41,660 nt of DNA from a virus (IMGVR_UViG_2778261202_000006:1-41660); one strand, 5' to 3'. Numbered from the stretch's first letter, positions 22,616 to 31,518 are shown. Notes: a model not told the origin generated them from the letters alone. Program-made: numbers and translations.

Positions 22616-23088
22616 ACCTCAATCTCTCTGACCGCTCCGCCAGCCTCTTTGAATTTTGCAATCAGGCTGTCAGCCTTATGCTCGAACTGGCCATAACCAG
22701 CACCCGGCAGTGAAGCCCAGATATTGCTGCAACGGTCGATTGCCTGACGGATATCACCGCGATCAATCATCGGTAAAGCGCCACGCTCTTTAATCTGCTG
22801 CAATGCCACAGCGTCCTGGCTTTTCGGAGAGAAGTCTTTCAGGCCAAGCTGCTTACGATAGGCATCCCACCAACGGGAAAGAAGCTGGTAACGTCCGGCT
22901 GCTGTTGATTTGAGTTTTGGGTTTAGCGTGACAAGTTTGCGAGGGTGATCGGAGTAATCAGTGAATAGCTCTCCGCCAACAATGACGTCATAACCATGAT
23001 TTCTGGTTTTTTGACGTCCGTTATCAGTTCCCTCTGACCACGCCAGCATATCGAGGAACGCCTTACGTTGATTATTGATTTCCACCAT
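22612..23088 (-). CDS. R: Endolysin (lambda R-type lytic transglycosylase)
   Basis: 158 aa, near-identical by recall to lambda R ([49 protein letters not shown]..). Confidence 0.95.
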   Translation of the reverse strand: MVEINNQRKAFLDMLAWSEGTDNGRQKTRNHGYDVIVGGELFTDYSDHPRKLVTLNPKLKSTAAGRYQLLSRWWDAYRKQLGLKDFSPKSQDAVALQQIKERGALPMIDRGDIRQAIDRCSNIWASLPGAGYGQFEHKADSLIAKFKEAGGAVREIEV

Positions 23089-23395
23089 CTTCTACTCCGG
23101 CTTTTTTAGCAGCGAAGCGTTTGATAAGCGAACCAATCGAGTCAGTACCGATGTAGCCGATGAACACGCTCGTTATATAAGCGAGATTGCTACTTAGTCC
23201 GGCGAAGTCGAGAAGGTCACGAATGAACCAGGCGATAATGGCGCACATCGTTGCGTCGATTACTGTTTTTGTAAACGCACCGCCATTATATCTGCCGCGA
23301 AGGTACGCCATTGCAAACGCAAGGATTGCCCCGATGCCTTGTTCCTTTGCCGCGAGAATGGCGGCTAACAGGTCATGTTTTTCTGGCATCTTCAT
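23072..23395 (-). CDS. S: Holin/antiholin (lambda S-type, dual-start MKMPEKH)
   Basis: 107 aa, matches lambda S including Met1-Lys2-Met3 dual-start motif. Confidence 0.95.
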   Translation of the reverse strand: MKMPEKHDLLAAILAAKEQGIGAILAFAMAYLRGRYNGGAFTKTVIDATMCAIIAWFIRDLLDFAGLSSNLAYITSVFIGYIGTDSIGSLIKRFAAKKAGVEDGGNQ

Positions 23396-23684
23396 GTCTT
23401 ACCCCCAATAAGGGGATTTGCTCTATTTAATTAGGAATAAGGTCGATTACTGATAGAACAAATCCAGGCTACTGTGTTTAGTAATCAGATTTGTTCGTGA
23501 CCGATATGCACGGGCAAAACGGCATCAGGTTGTTAGCGCAACCTCTTGCCACCCGCTTTCACGAAGCCAGCCATTGAGCTGGTTTTCTTTTATGCAAAGC
23601 ACACCGCACCGTAGCCACAGCGGATAAGGTGAGGGTTTTGTCTGTCTGGTTTTTGGTGGAATGCGCTTTCAGAAATGTCGTGCA

Positions 23685-23712
23685 ATAAAAAGGCCGCCTT
23701 AGCGACCTTTAT
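23685..23712 (-). terminator. Intrinsic terminator, copy B of shared cassette 3' element (overlaps stop codon of cargo B)
   Basis: Minus-sense AGGTCGCTAAGGCGGCCT hairpin followed by TTTTTATT; near-identical to 20706..20732. Confidence 0.65.
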
Positions 23713-23974
23713 TTGAATTTGGATTCCCTCTCCATTTCCATTCATCTTTATGAGCTGCAACGCCAAGTTCGGTAAGAGAGTAGTATTGCATTAAGCTATG
23801 ATATCCGCCGTTATTATCACGGTCGAAAAAGCCAACAGCAAGATATCCATGACGGACCAATGAGTCAACCATGAGAATCTCATCATCCTGTACGTCAGAA
23901 TCAGCAATTCTCTCCTGCTTAAATTGAAGAATTCGATTGAGAAAATGCAGTTCTCTTCCAGAGATTTTTTCCAT
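23699..23974 (-). CDS. Hypothetical cargo protein B (91 aa) in the Q-S interval
   Basis: ATG 23974 preceded by GACGAGGTTGTT context shared with cargo A; six-frame ORF extends upstream to 24055 through the conserved leader, so the shorter start is preferred. Confidence 0.55.
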   Translation of the reverse strand: MEKISGRELHFLNRILQFKQERIADSDVQDDEILMVDSLVRHGYLAVGFFDRDNNGGYHSLMQYYSLTELGVAAHKDEWKWRGNPNSNKGR

Positions 23975-24058
23975 AACAACCTCGTCTAGTTGCTCGTCTA
24001 TGTTCGCTATGGCAGGCAGTGACGATACTGCTTTTCGACTGGCCGGTCTAGCCATAGC
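23975..24058 (-). promoter_or_regulatory. Conserved structured 5' element, copy B
   Basis: Outer stem GCTATGGC/GCCATAGC (24006-24013 with 24051-24058), inner stem GCAG/CTGC around loop TGACGATA, third hairpin GACTGG/CCGGTC; compensatory changes relative to copy A. Confidence 0.55.
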
Positions 24059-24284
24059 TGAAGGGGACCAGTTACGTTTATCAGGCGTCTTTCGACCGAT
24101 TTCCTGAGGTAGCAGGTTAGGATGTGGTGGCTACTACGTGAGACTTAGCTCAGCGCCCTACAGGAAGGTTCTTTGGCTGAGTACCCATTACAAACCCTGT
24201 TTTAACCACATGGGGAAGCCAACTCTCCCAAATACTTAGTGTCGAGCCTAAACAGGGCATGAAAGAAGGCTTTCCGTTGTGCTT

Positions 24285-24322
24285 AAAACGCAAAAAGCCC
24301 CGAGCTATTAACTCAGGGCTTT
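24285..24322 (-). terminator. tR'-like intrinsic terminator shortly downstream of pR'
   Basis: Minus-sense AGCCCUGAG-uuaau-CUCGGGGCU hairpin followed by UUUUUGCGUUUU. Confidence 0.6.
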
Positions 24323-24341
24323 ATTTAACGAGTGCATTTAT

Positions 24342-24384
24342 CCATCGTTGAGTCAAATTTACCCAATTTTATTCAATAAGTCAA
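24342..24384 (-). promoter_or_regulatory. Late promoter pR' with qut region (lambda-type)
   Basis: Minus-sense TTGACTTATTGAATAAAATTGGGTAAATTTGACTCAACGATGG matches the lambda pR' region as recalled (-35 TTGACT, -10 TAAATT); immediately downstream of Q. Confidence 0.75.
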
Positions 24385-24426
24385 TATCATGCCGTTAATA
24401 TGTTGCCATCCGTGGCAATCATGCTG

Positions 24427-25050
24427 CTAACGTGTGACCGCATTCAAAATGCTGTCTGCGATTGACTCTTCCTTGTGGCATTGCACCACCAGAGCGTCAT
24501 ACAGAGGCTTAACAGTGCGTGACCAGGTGGGTTGAGTAAGGTTTGGGATTAGCATCGTCACAGCGCGATATGCGGCGCTTGCTGGCATTCTTGAATAGCC
24601 GACACCTTTGCATCTTCCGCACTCTTTCTCGACAACTCTCCCCCACTGCTCTGTTTTTGCTATATCAACCGCACGGCCTGTACCGTGGCAATCTCTGCAT
24701 CTTGCGCCCGGCGTCGCGGCACTACGGCAATAATCCGCATAAGCGAATGTTGCGAGCACTTGCAGTACCTTTGCCTTAGTATTTCCTTCAAGCTTTGCAA
24801 CGCCACGGTATTTCCCCGATACCTTGTGTGCAAATTGCATCAGATAGTTGATAGCCTTTTGTTTGTCGTTCTGGCTGAGTTCGTGCTTACCACAGAATGC
24901 AGCCATTCCGAATCCGGCTTGTGATTGCGCCATCCCCATAGCAGCCATCACATCAGTACCGGAAAGAGAGTCAGAAGCCGTGGCCCGTGGTGAGTCGCTC
25001 ATCATCGGGCTTTTTGGCGAATGAAATTTAGCTACGCTTTCGAGTCTCAT
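24427..25050 (-). CDS. Q: Late-gene antiterminator Q (lambda-type)
   Basis: 207 aa, matches lambda Q by recall (MRLESVAKFHSPKSPMMSDSPRATASDSLSGTDVMAAMGMAQSQAGF..). Confidence 0.95.
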   Translation of the reverse strand: MRLESVAKFHSPKSPMMSDSPRATASDSLSGTDVMAAMGMAQSQAGFGMAAFCGKHELSQNDKQKAINYLMQFAHKVSGKYRGVAKLEGNTKAKVLQVLATFAYADYCRSAATPGARCRDCHGTGRAVDIAKTEQWGRVVEKECGRCKGVGYSRMPASAAYRAVTMLIPNLTQPTWSRTVKPLYDALVVQCHKEESIADSILNAVTR

Positions 25051-25235
25051 GGCCTTCCCCTTTTGCCCTGTTTGACCATCAGGACGCCGTTAACTATTAC
25101 GTGACGCTCACCTTTGCTGTCTCGGTTGTACTTGAGCACTGTTCCTCTTGCACAGGAAAGCATCCTCGCCACTTCGGTCTGATTGCCTCGTGTCTGTATA
25201 AGCAGTTCTGGTATCGTTTGAATTGTGGCGTTCAT
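25047..25235 (-). CDS. ninH: NinH-like protein
   Basis: 62 aa; ..GNQTEVARMLSCARGTVLKYNRD..HVIVNGVLMV resembles lambda NinH; immediately upstream of Q. Confidence 0.75.
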   Translation of the reverse strand: MNATIQTIPELLIQTRGNQTEVARMLSCARGTVLKYNRDSKGERHVIVNGVLMVKQGKRGRP

Positions 25236-25594
25236 ACGCTCTCCAGTTCGGTGATTTTTATTCCAAGCCTTCCGCCTGGTACTTTCACGCCACGAATTAC
25301 GCGAATGTCATCGAATTGCTCGTCGTCTTCCGCAAATCCGGCGTGGATAAGGGAGTCGAGTAAACCTTTAAGAATGTTGTCGAGGTCGCGGCGGCGGGAG
25401 TCTGGAACGTCTGCGATGACTTTGATTCGTAGTCGTGATTTGGTGAAAATGTCTAACTTGAGTTGGCGGATGATTTGCTGAACTTCTTTTCGGTATTTCT
25501 GGCCTTTGTCGCTGATGTAGTATTGGCTTCCCCGTCTTCGCCAGTAGGTGTTCACCGACGGCGGGTATGGAAGCACAAACTGATATTCGTTCAT
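25232..25594 (-). CDS. rusA: Holliday-junction resolvase RusA
   Basis: 120 aa; ..LPYPPSVNTYWRRRG..VPDSRRRDLDNILKGLLDSLIHAGF..DDIRV.. matches RusA family. Confidence 0.9.
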   Translation of the reverse strand: MNEYQFVLPYPPSVNTYWRRRGSQYYISDKGQKYRKEVQQIIRQLKLDIFTKSRLRIKVIADVPDSRRRDLDNILKGLLDSLIHAGFAEDDEQFDDIRVIRGVKVPGGRLGIKITELESV

Positions 25595-25881
25595 GGCTTA
25601 ATCTTCCCCTCCTTCAGCAGTATCGCCTGCGTCCTGATCACGCCTTCGAGGTGGTAAAGTCTGGCGTCTTTGTTGTCGAGAATCCTTGTGCGTCGGTCGA
25701 TCTCCGCGTGGCAGTCACTACAAGCCCATGCACCGATCAGGTCGTCAGGCTTCATTCCCGTTCCGCAAATTCCAGCCATCCGGTAATGTGCCAGAACTGT
25801 AGTTTCAGGATTGCCATTGCATACGCCGTAAATACGTACCTGGCATTCTCTGCCGCGCGCTTCTTTGCGTAGGTTAGCCAT
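25591..25881 (-). CDS. YbcO-like (DUF1364) putative nuclease
   Basis: 96 aa Cys/His-rich protein upstream of rusA as in DLP12. Confidence 0.65.
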   Translation of the reverse strand: MANLRKEARGRECQVRIYGVCNGNPETTVLAHYRMAGICGTGMKPDDLIGAWACSDCHAEIDRRTRILDNKDARLYHLEGVIRTQAILLKEGKIKP

Positions 25882-26150
25882 TATGGTTCACTCCAGTAAT
25901 TCTCAATTGCAGCAGCCATTCTCTGCATCCACTCAGCCAGCTTTAACGCGGCTTCTCTTTCAGAACCACATTTAGGGAAATCCTTCATTTCCATGCTGGC
26001 CTTATATGTTCTGAATGCCAGGTCTCCGGTAATAACCAGCTCCTGATCAAGCACCGAGCGTTTATTCCGGTGTTGAACGTAATAGACAGATTCAGTCCGC
26101 ATTTCTTCTCTGTCTTTTTTGAAGGAAATAAGCTCAGAGAAATCACTCAT
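25881..26150 (-). CDS. Hypothetical nin-region protein (89 aa)
   Basis: ORF translationally coupled to neighbours. Confidence 0.5.
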   Translation of the reverse strand: MSDFSELISFKKDREEMRTESVYYVQHRNKRSVLDQELVITGDLAFRTYKASMEMKDFPKCGSEREAALKLAEWMQRMAAAIENYWSEP

Positions 26151-26319
26151 CGTCTTCTTCCTCGTACATTGAGCTATTCGGATCGCTCATCAGTTCTGCG
26201 CAGCACGCTTCACATACATGAACTTCCAGCACATGCAGCTTCTGACCGCAGTTAGCGCACGTTAAAGCCCGCTCGACGCTTTCTTTCTGGTATTGAATGG
26301 ATTGGGATGGGCTAAGCAT
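26143..26319 (-). CDS. ninF: NinF-like protein
   Basis: Not in ORF track (58 aa); translation [58 protein letters not shown] resembles lambda NinF. Confidence 0.7.
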   Translation of the reverse strand: MLSPSQSIQYQKESVERALTCANCGQKLHVLEVHVCEACCAELMSDPNSSMYEEEDDE

Positions 26320-26684
26320 TATTGGATTCTCTGCATCATGAGAAAGACAATCATGGCGGCGCGGAGGGGATTTTCATGTATAGCTCGCTTAGATTTACAG
26401 TAGGCCACACCGCGTGCACCCCACTCGTCTTCATCGAGATTGATAATGCTAATCCTGTATTTTTCAATAATCGGCCATGCGTCTGCTGGGTTTACGCATG
26501 GGTTAAATGATCCGCGCTCAACTTCTACTTCAACTGCGTCTCCGTTTACAATGTCTCCCTCAAATGAGACAAACACCATATCGCCATTCTCACCTTCTTT
26601 GTAATCCGGTGATCCGTTATGAATAGCTTCGAATACCGCCACGTTAATTTCAAAATCACTTAACTGTGAATAATCCATTGTCAT
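26319..26684 (-). CDS. Hypothetical nin-region protein (121 aa)
   Basis: Start ATG 26684 overlaps NinE stop (ATGA); six-frame ORF begins at GTG 26720. Confidence 0.5.
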   Translation of the reverse strand: MTMDYSQLSDFEINVAVFEAIHNGSPDYKEGENGDMVFVSFEGDIVNGDAVEVEVERGSFNPCVNPADAWPIIEKYRISIINLDEDEWGARGVAYCKSKRAIHENPLRAAMIVFLMMQRIQ

Positions 26685-26857
26685 TTCCTCGCACGATGTC
26701 TTAGCCACCGGATATCCCACAGGTGAGCCGTGTAGTTGAAGGTTTTTACGTCAGATTCTTTTGGGATTGGCTTGCGTTTATTTCTGGATCGTTTCGTTGG
26801 AAGGTATTTGCAGTTTTCGCAGATGATGTCGGTGATACTTCGTCGCTGTCGCCTCAT
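26681..26857 (-). CDS. ninE: NinE-like protein
   Basis: Not in ORF track (58 aa); translation [58 protein letters not shown] resembles lambda NinE; ATG overlaps NinB stop. Confidence 0.7.
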   Translation of the reverse strand: MRRQRRSITDIICENCKYLPTKRSRNKRKPIPKESDVKTFNYTAHLWDIRWLRHRARK

Positions 26858-27264
26858 TCATACCTCCTGTCGGTAAATCTGACACCCTGACCAATAGCCC
26901 AGGCTGTCGTGTACTCAATCAGACTTGCCATACGCTTCACACTCATCTGCGCGCTGCTTTCGCGAATGTTGACGTATTCGCCTTCAAGCCCGGGCAAAAC
27001 ATCAGCTTCCTGTTTTGTTGCCACTGCATGACCGCTGATCAACAAAACCTTCCATTGTTCCGGTTTTAACCATTTGCCGCACCATTGAACCTGACGTGCG
27101 ATATCCGCCAGCATCGCGTGAAATTTTGCGTTCTGGTCAAGGTTGCGCTTGTAGTCAGTAATGCGGATGGTAACTGGCTTGTCTTTATCGAGTGGTGTTG
27201 CGAGGATGGCGTTGATTGCGGCTTGCTGTTGTTGCTTAGTTCGGAGGAAGATTGTTTGCTTCAT
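26854..27264 (-). CDS. ninB: NinB recombination protein
   Basis: From ATG 27264: [48 protein letters not shown].. resembles lambda NinB; six-frame ORF starts at TTG 27312. Confidence 0.85.
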   Translation of the reverse strand: MKQTIFLRTKQQQQAAINAILATPLDKDKPVTIRITDYKRNLDQNAKFHAMLADIARQVQWCGKWLKPEQWKVLLISGHAVATKQEADVLPGLEGEYVNIRESSAQMSVKRMASLIEYTTAWAIGQGVRFTDRRYE

Positions 27265-27266
27265 CG

Positions 27267-27455
27267 TTACTCCTTCACTTTGACTCCGGCGGTGCGAACT
27301 GCGGCCATCCAAGCCCTGTATCTCTTGTTTATTTCAACTCGTTTATACACAATCACGCCCAAAATATTCTTGCTTCGCATTTGTCGAATGAAGCAAGCGG
27401 AGACACCAAGTTCATCAGCGCACCAATCTTCAAATCTCTCTAAGTTATCGTCCAT
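27267..27455 (-). CDS. Hypothetical protein (62 aa)
   Basis: ATG 27455 with GGGGA SD; stop 2 nt before NinB start. Confidence 0.45.
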   Translation of the reverse strand: MDDNLERFEDWCADELGVSACFIRQMRSKNILGVIVYKRVEINKRYRAWMAAVRTAGVKVKE

Positions 27456-27456
27456 G

Positions 27457-27678
27457 TCAATCCCCGTTAATCGTTTCACTCACGAATCTGACAAAACCAG
27501 CCATGTTAATTTGCATGAGTTTTTTCAACACTTTGTCTCGCCGGCTACGTTTTGGTTTTGGCCTGTGGTTGAATCTTTCACAAACTGGAAGGCTTGATGA
27601 TTTCCAGTACCTATTACGCCTTGCTCCATCTTCCGCCATATCGGCATGAATAAGGTCTGCGAGTGTGCTCACATTCAC
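27457..27678 (-). CDS. Hypothetical basic protein (73 aa)
   Basis: GTG start with GGAGAG SD. Confidence 0.4.
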   Translation of the reverse strand: MNVSTLADLIHADMAEDGARRNRYWKSSSLPVCERFNHRPKPKRSRRDKVLKKLMQINMAGFVRFVSETINGD

Positions 27679-27686
27679 CTCTCCAG

Positions 27687-27869
27687 TTACATTGGTTTTG
27701 TAATGTTGCTAGTCATCTTACGAATAAAAAAATGCGTACGTAGCTTTGCTTCCCACATGTAAATCTCCTCAAGGCGAGATAAATCTACGAATACCGGACC
27801 TTTGTAATCTGGTCTTGATGCCCTTATGTATGAGCTAATAGTTTGTGCATCTTGCTCGTCAAGATTCAT
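27687..27869 (-). CDS. Hypothetical protein (60 aa)
   Basis: Compact ORF in operon context. Confidence 0.35.
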   Translation of the reverse strand: MNLDEQDAQTISSYIRASRPDYKGPVFVDLSRLEEIYMWEAKLRTHFFIRKMTSNITKPM

Positions 27870-28062
27870 GACTTCCCTCTCTAACAGATTTCAGGTTATT
27901 CCACTCCGTTACCGCACTGCGATAATTCGCGGCCGCCACAGCGGCGTGGTTAGCGCAGTAGATTTGGCACCCGTTCTCCATGTCGAATATTGTCGGTGAT
28001 TTTCCGCATTTACATTTTTTGGCACGCGGTGCGTCTGAACACATTCCGTTAACGGTGTCCAT
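27859..28062 (-). CDS. Hypothetical Cys-rich small protein (zinc-ribbon-like)
   Basis: 67 aa with CKCG..C..YCANH spacing. Confidence 0.4.
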   Translation of the reverse strand: MDTVNGMCSDAPRAKKCKCGKSPTIFDMENGCQIYCANHAAVAAANYRSAVTEWNNLKSVREGSHES

Positions 28063-28086
28063 CAGGATCCCCCTCGTTCTTAATCC

Positions 28087-28116
28087 AATAAAAAAGGGCT
28101 ACTGTGTAAATAGCCC
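28087..28116 (-). terminator. Intrinsic terminator downstream of primase-helicase
   Basis: GGGCTA-ttacacagt-TAGCCC hairpin followed by T-tract on minus strand. Confidence 0.55.
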
Positions 28117-28147
28117 CTGTTATTAGCTCAGTGATGTAGATGGCCAT

Positions 28148-30028
28148 TTAATACTCCGTCACGTTTTCCTGTCGCCACGCCTCGTCATATTCCGATTTCG
28201 GCATATTGGCGATGTAGCTATATGGCGATCCTGATTCAAGTTGCAGGAACTGGTGCGATTGCTCGTCAAGGAACAACGGGACACCACCTTCCCAACCTTC
28301 GCCGTTACGTTGTTTTTCAAGCATCAAAACAGATGCCGGAGATGCCAGTAGCTGTTCGTCCTTCTCTGACATCTTTTCACCACTCTGAACTCTCTGTAAC
28401 GCTCTCTCGCGAGCCTTGTTACGCCAGATGATGAAAAGGTTGTCTGTCAGGTCTGTTATCGCTCCAGATCCTTTTACGTCCATTTTCCCGGTTGGTTTTT
28501 CTTCGCTGTCTCCTTTTCGCGAGTGAGTAACGAGAATGACGTGGGAGTTTGTTTTGTTTTTGAAGTCGCAAATCGAGTCAACAAACGCCTTCTGCCCGTT
28601 ATAGTCATCGTCGCCTATGCCACATTTCATCAGGCTGTCGATGATGAATAACTGGATTCCGTATCGGCGGCGAGCGTAGTCGAATATTTCGATCAGCCTG
28701 TCGGCTTTCGCCGTTCCGGTCAGACCAAACACCCAAAGTCTTTCGTCATAAAATTTAAATGCAGAGTCAATTTCCAGCACTGGCGGCATCTTGCAGCACG
28801 TCGCCTGACGGGTAAGGCGCTTAAGGAGAATACCAGGCTTCAGCTCAAGTGACGCGATGCATGTCTTCACACCCTGACGCATTGCCTCAAGTGCCATATG
28901 CCCGACAACCTCCGTTTTTCCGTGACCGTTCACACCATTGACCAGCGTCAACTCGGCCTCACGGAACTGGAATTTATCTGCCAGAGATTCCCACGGTGGA
29001 TTAAACAGATACTGCTGCTTGCCGTAGAAAGCGTTGATAGTGTCCTGGTAAAACTCTCGCGCGCTGTAGAGTTCTTCAGGATCGAAGTAGGATGCCGTGC
29101 CGATGTACTGCCAGATTTCATCCTCGGTAACACCGTTCATCAGGCATTCGTTGATGTCTTTGTACGGCAGAGTAACAAGACGGCAACGATGTTCACCGAG
29201 TCGGCTTGCGATTTCCCTTGCGGCTTCACGACCAACATCATCAACGTCCATCGAGATGAATATTTCCTCAAACCTGTCGAGGTTGTGATACTCAAACTCA
29301 ATCCACTGTTGCTTAGCGCCTTTCCCGCCACCAAACGGCACGGATAACGCCGAGATGCCGTATTGCGCATAGCTCATACAATCAATTTCGCCTTCGCAAA
29401 GTACAACCGCCCTTACGCCAGCGTCCAGAGCCTGCCATCCGAACAGACAAGGTTCGCAATCACCTTCTGCCATAATGACTTTCTTCCCGTCCGGGCGCTC
29501 AGTGCTGATTCGCTTGACCTGCAACAACTCACCATCGCGTTTGTACGGAAGCACCAGAGCATCCAGTTCTCGTTCTCCATTCCACACCTTTCCGCTGACA
29601 ACCTCGTAGCGCTTTACGACTTCTGGCGATATGCCACGCGATTGCAGGTACTCAAGATGGGATTCTGTTCTGGTAACGTAGCGGGCGATTTTCTTGCGAT
29701 CAGGTCTGGAGAATTTCTTCTCACGTTTGGCATCGAAATGGTGATCGTCATCCTTGATACCGAGAAATGCTTTCGCTTCCTGCATAGCCTGATGCAGGTT
29801 AATTCCACGACATGCCATCCACAAATCAAGCATGTCACCGCCGTCTCCCTCAGCAAAATCAGCCCATTTTTTCTTGCCGCTAAGGTTGACCTTAAGGCTG
29901 TTTCCCTTGTCACCGTTGACGTTACCGGCAACCCACTCATGCCCCTCTTTCTTGCCGTTTGGCAACAGGTGCGGAGCCACCCTGTCAACCTGCGCCCAAA
30001 GCAGGTCGCTAAGTTCACTTGGCGTCAT
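28148..30028 (-). CDS. Bifunctional DNA primase/helicase (TOPRIM-type primase N-terminal, DnaB/RecA-like helicase C-terminal)
   Basis: 626 aa; central VVLCEGEIDCMS (TOPRIM-like) and Walker A GVNGHGKT in C-terminal half; located next to O-like initiator. Confidence 0.8.
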   Translation of the reverse strand: MTPSELSDLLWAQVDRVAPHLLPNGKKEGHEWVAGNVNGDKGNSLKVNLSGKKKWADFAEGDGGDMLDLWMACRGINLHQAMQEAKAFLGIKDDDHHFDAKREKKFSRPDRKKIARYVTRTESHLEYLQSRGISPEVVKRYEVVSGKVWNGERELDALVLPYKRDGELLQVKRISTERPDGKKVIMAEGDCEPCLFGWQALDAGVRAVVLCEGEIDCMSYAQYGISALSVPFGGGKGAKQQWIEFEYHNLDRFEEIFISMDVDDVGREAAREIASRLGEHRCRLVTLPYKDINECLMNGVTEDEIWQYIGTASYFDPEELYSAREFYQDTINAFYGKQQYLFNPPWESLADKFQFREAELTLVNGVNGHGKTEVVGHMALEAMRQGVKTCIASLELKPGILLKRLTRQATCCKMPPVLEIDSAFKFYDERLWVFGLTGTAKADRLIEIFDYARRRYGIQLFIIDSLMKCGIGDDDYNGQKAFVDSICDFKNKTNSHVILVTHSRKGDSEEKPTGKMDVKGSGAITDLTDNLFIIWRNKARERALQRVQSGEKMSEKDEQLLASPASVLMLEKQRNGEGWEGGVPLFLDEQSHQFLQLESGSPYSYIANMPKSEYDEAWRQENVTEY

Positions 30029-30132
30029 GATTCCCTCAGATTGAGATTTTTAAACCAGAAATCGACAAACGAAATACTTAACCAGCCGTGGTTATAACCA
30101 GCGACCAGTAGCGATTTGATTTTTGATTTCAT
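30025..30132 (-). CDS. Possible micro-ORF (35 aa) between initiator and helicase
   Basis: ATG with AGGTGA SD 6 nt after O stop; stop overlaps helicase ATG (ATGA); too short to confirm. Confidence 0.25.
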   Translation of the reverse strand: MKSKIKSLLVAGYNHGWLSISFVDFWFKNLNLRES

Positions 30133-30135
30133 GGT

Positions 30136-30996
30136 TCACCTGTCGAAAAACACGTAGCCAGTTTTCGATACAGTGATTGCGGATGATGGTTTGGATTGTG
30201 GTTGAATAGTTTCTGGCTTCTCGTCGTTCCAGCGTTGACCGTTCAGGTAGCTCGATGGTAACAACCTGTCGAATCCGAACTGCTTACCATTCCTGCATGC
30301 GATGTCTTCTGCCAGCATCGTGGCAAACTCGCTTGCCGTACCCCTGGTAGTTTTACGCCATTCCCTGAACTGTGTTCTGAATGCCGAAGCTGCGTTTTTC
30401 TTCCCGGCCTTCCGCATGCCTGCACACCAGAATATTTCCTCGAATGCCTTGTCGGTTTCTTCGTGACGGTCAGATGATTTTTCACACTCCGTCCGAACAC
30501 TTTCGGACATAGTGTTTTTATTATTTCTTTTTTCTTTTGTAATAGTTTCTTTTGTGTGTCCCTGTTTTGGTGACAGCGCTGTCACCGTTTTGGTGACACT
30601 TTTTGTCACCAATGCAGTGACATTATCACCAGAGTAGTGACACCCTTCGATTTGCCATTCTTCGATGTTCTTGTTAGGCCCGATTTGCTGGCCTTCGCGA
30701 AGGATTACCTTCATCGCGATAAGCTCATTCTTGGCCTTGTTTACCTTCTGTCTTGGCAGCCTGGTAATTTGAGCTAACTGACTATCAGAGATGCGATCCA
30801 TCTTTTTACCGTAGCCGTATGTTTTACGGCATATGGCGTGGGCAACCTTGCTCTGATTTTTCGTTAAATCTGCGCCGATAAGCTCTTCATACAGGGCATT
30901 TGCAAGACGGGTATAACCATCTTCAACTTCTGCCACACGACGCTCCACAGGCCGTTGTGAAGGCCTTAAATGTGTTACGGTTGCAAGATTACTCAT
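30136..30996 (-). CDS. Replication initiator, lambda O-like N-terminal domain
   Basis: 286 aa; N-terminal ..[53 protein letters not shown].. matches phage replication protein O N-terminal family; iterons inside gene. Confidence 0.85.
   Translation of the reverse strand: MSNLATVTHLRPSQRPVERRVAEVEDGYTRLANALYEELIGADLTKNQSKVAHAICRKTYGYGKKMDRISDSQLAQITRLPRQKVNKAKNELIAMKVILREGQQIGPNKNIEEWQIEGCHYSGDNVTALVTKSVTKTVTALSPKQGHTKETITKEKRNNKNTMSESVRTECEKSSDRHEETDKAFEEIFWCAGMRKAGKKNAASAFRTQFREWRKTTRGTASEFATMLAEDIACRNGKQFGFDRLLPSSYLNGQRWNDEKPETIQPQSKPSSAITVSKTGYVFFDR
30569..30646. repeat. Origin iterons inside initiator gene (repeats built on GGTGACA/TGTCACC) with adjacent AT-rich tract
   Basis: GGTGACAGCGCTGTCACC (30569-30586), GGTGACACTTTTTGTCACC (30592-30610), GTGACATTATCACC (30617-30630), GTGACAC (30638-30644); AT-rich stretch 30505-30560. 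Confidence 0.75.
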
Positions 30997-31135
30997 GACC
31001 TTTCTCCTTCTGCATCAGCTTCACTTTTTCCAACTCAGCCCGGAATCGACCAGGCTGCTTGAAGCTGGACAGGAAGCGATCACGTAGTATGTGTTTGTGA
31101 ATTTTGTCCTGGTAAGGACTGAGTTGTTTTGTCAT
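30989..31135 (-). CDS. Possible small ORF (48 aa) between cII and initiator
   Basis: ATG 31135; stop overlaps initiator start; no family recognised. Confidence 0.3.
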   Translation of the reverse strand: MTKQLSPYQDKIHKHILRDRFLSSFKQPGRFRAELEKVKLMQKEKGHE

Positions 31136-31167
31136 AATTACTCCTGTTGATAGATCCAGTAATGACC

Positions 31168-31461
31168 TCAGAATTCCATCTGGATTTGTTCAGAACGCTC
31201 GGTTGCCGCCGGGCGTTTTTTATTGGTGAGAATCGAAGCAACTTGTCGTGCCAATCGAGCCATGTCGTCGTCGACAACACCCCATTCAAGTACAGCAAGC
31301 AGCATTGAGAACTTTGGAATCCAGTCCCTCTTCCACCTGCTGATCTGCGACTTATCAACGCCCACAGCTTCCGCTGTCTTCTCAGTTCCAAGCATTGCGA
31401 TTTTGTTAAGCAACGCACTCTCGATTCGTAGAGCCTCGTTGCGTTTGTTTGCACGAACCAT
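31168..31461 (-). CDS. cII: CII transcriptional activator (lambda-type)
   Basis: From ATG 31461: [75 protein letters not shown].. matches lambda CII by recall. Confidence 0.9.
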   Translation of the reverse strand: MVRANKRNEALRIESALLNKIAMLGTEKTAEAVGVDKSQISRWKRDWIPKFSMLLAVLEWGVVDDDMARLARQVASILTNKKRPAATERSEQIQMEF

Positions 31462-31518
31462 ATGTAAGTATTTCCTTAACAAATAAGAAGTTAAGCGCAT
31501 CAACTTATGCGCGTTGTA

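Noticed and set aside
24056-24290. Possible tRNA genes in the Q-S interval (as carried by some Stx-type lambdoid phages)
   Set aside because: No cloverleaf-compatible sequence with T-loop and anticodon arm found on either strand by eye; the region instead holds the structured cassette element and a terminator.
31080-31486. ORFs 31080..31454 (minus) and 31223..31486 (plus) overlapping cII
   Set aside because: The cII frame gives a full-length match to lambda CII; the overlapping frames have no support.
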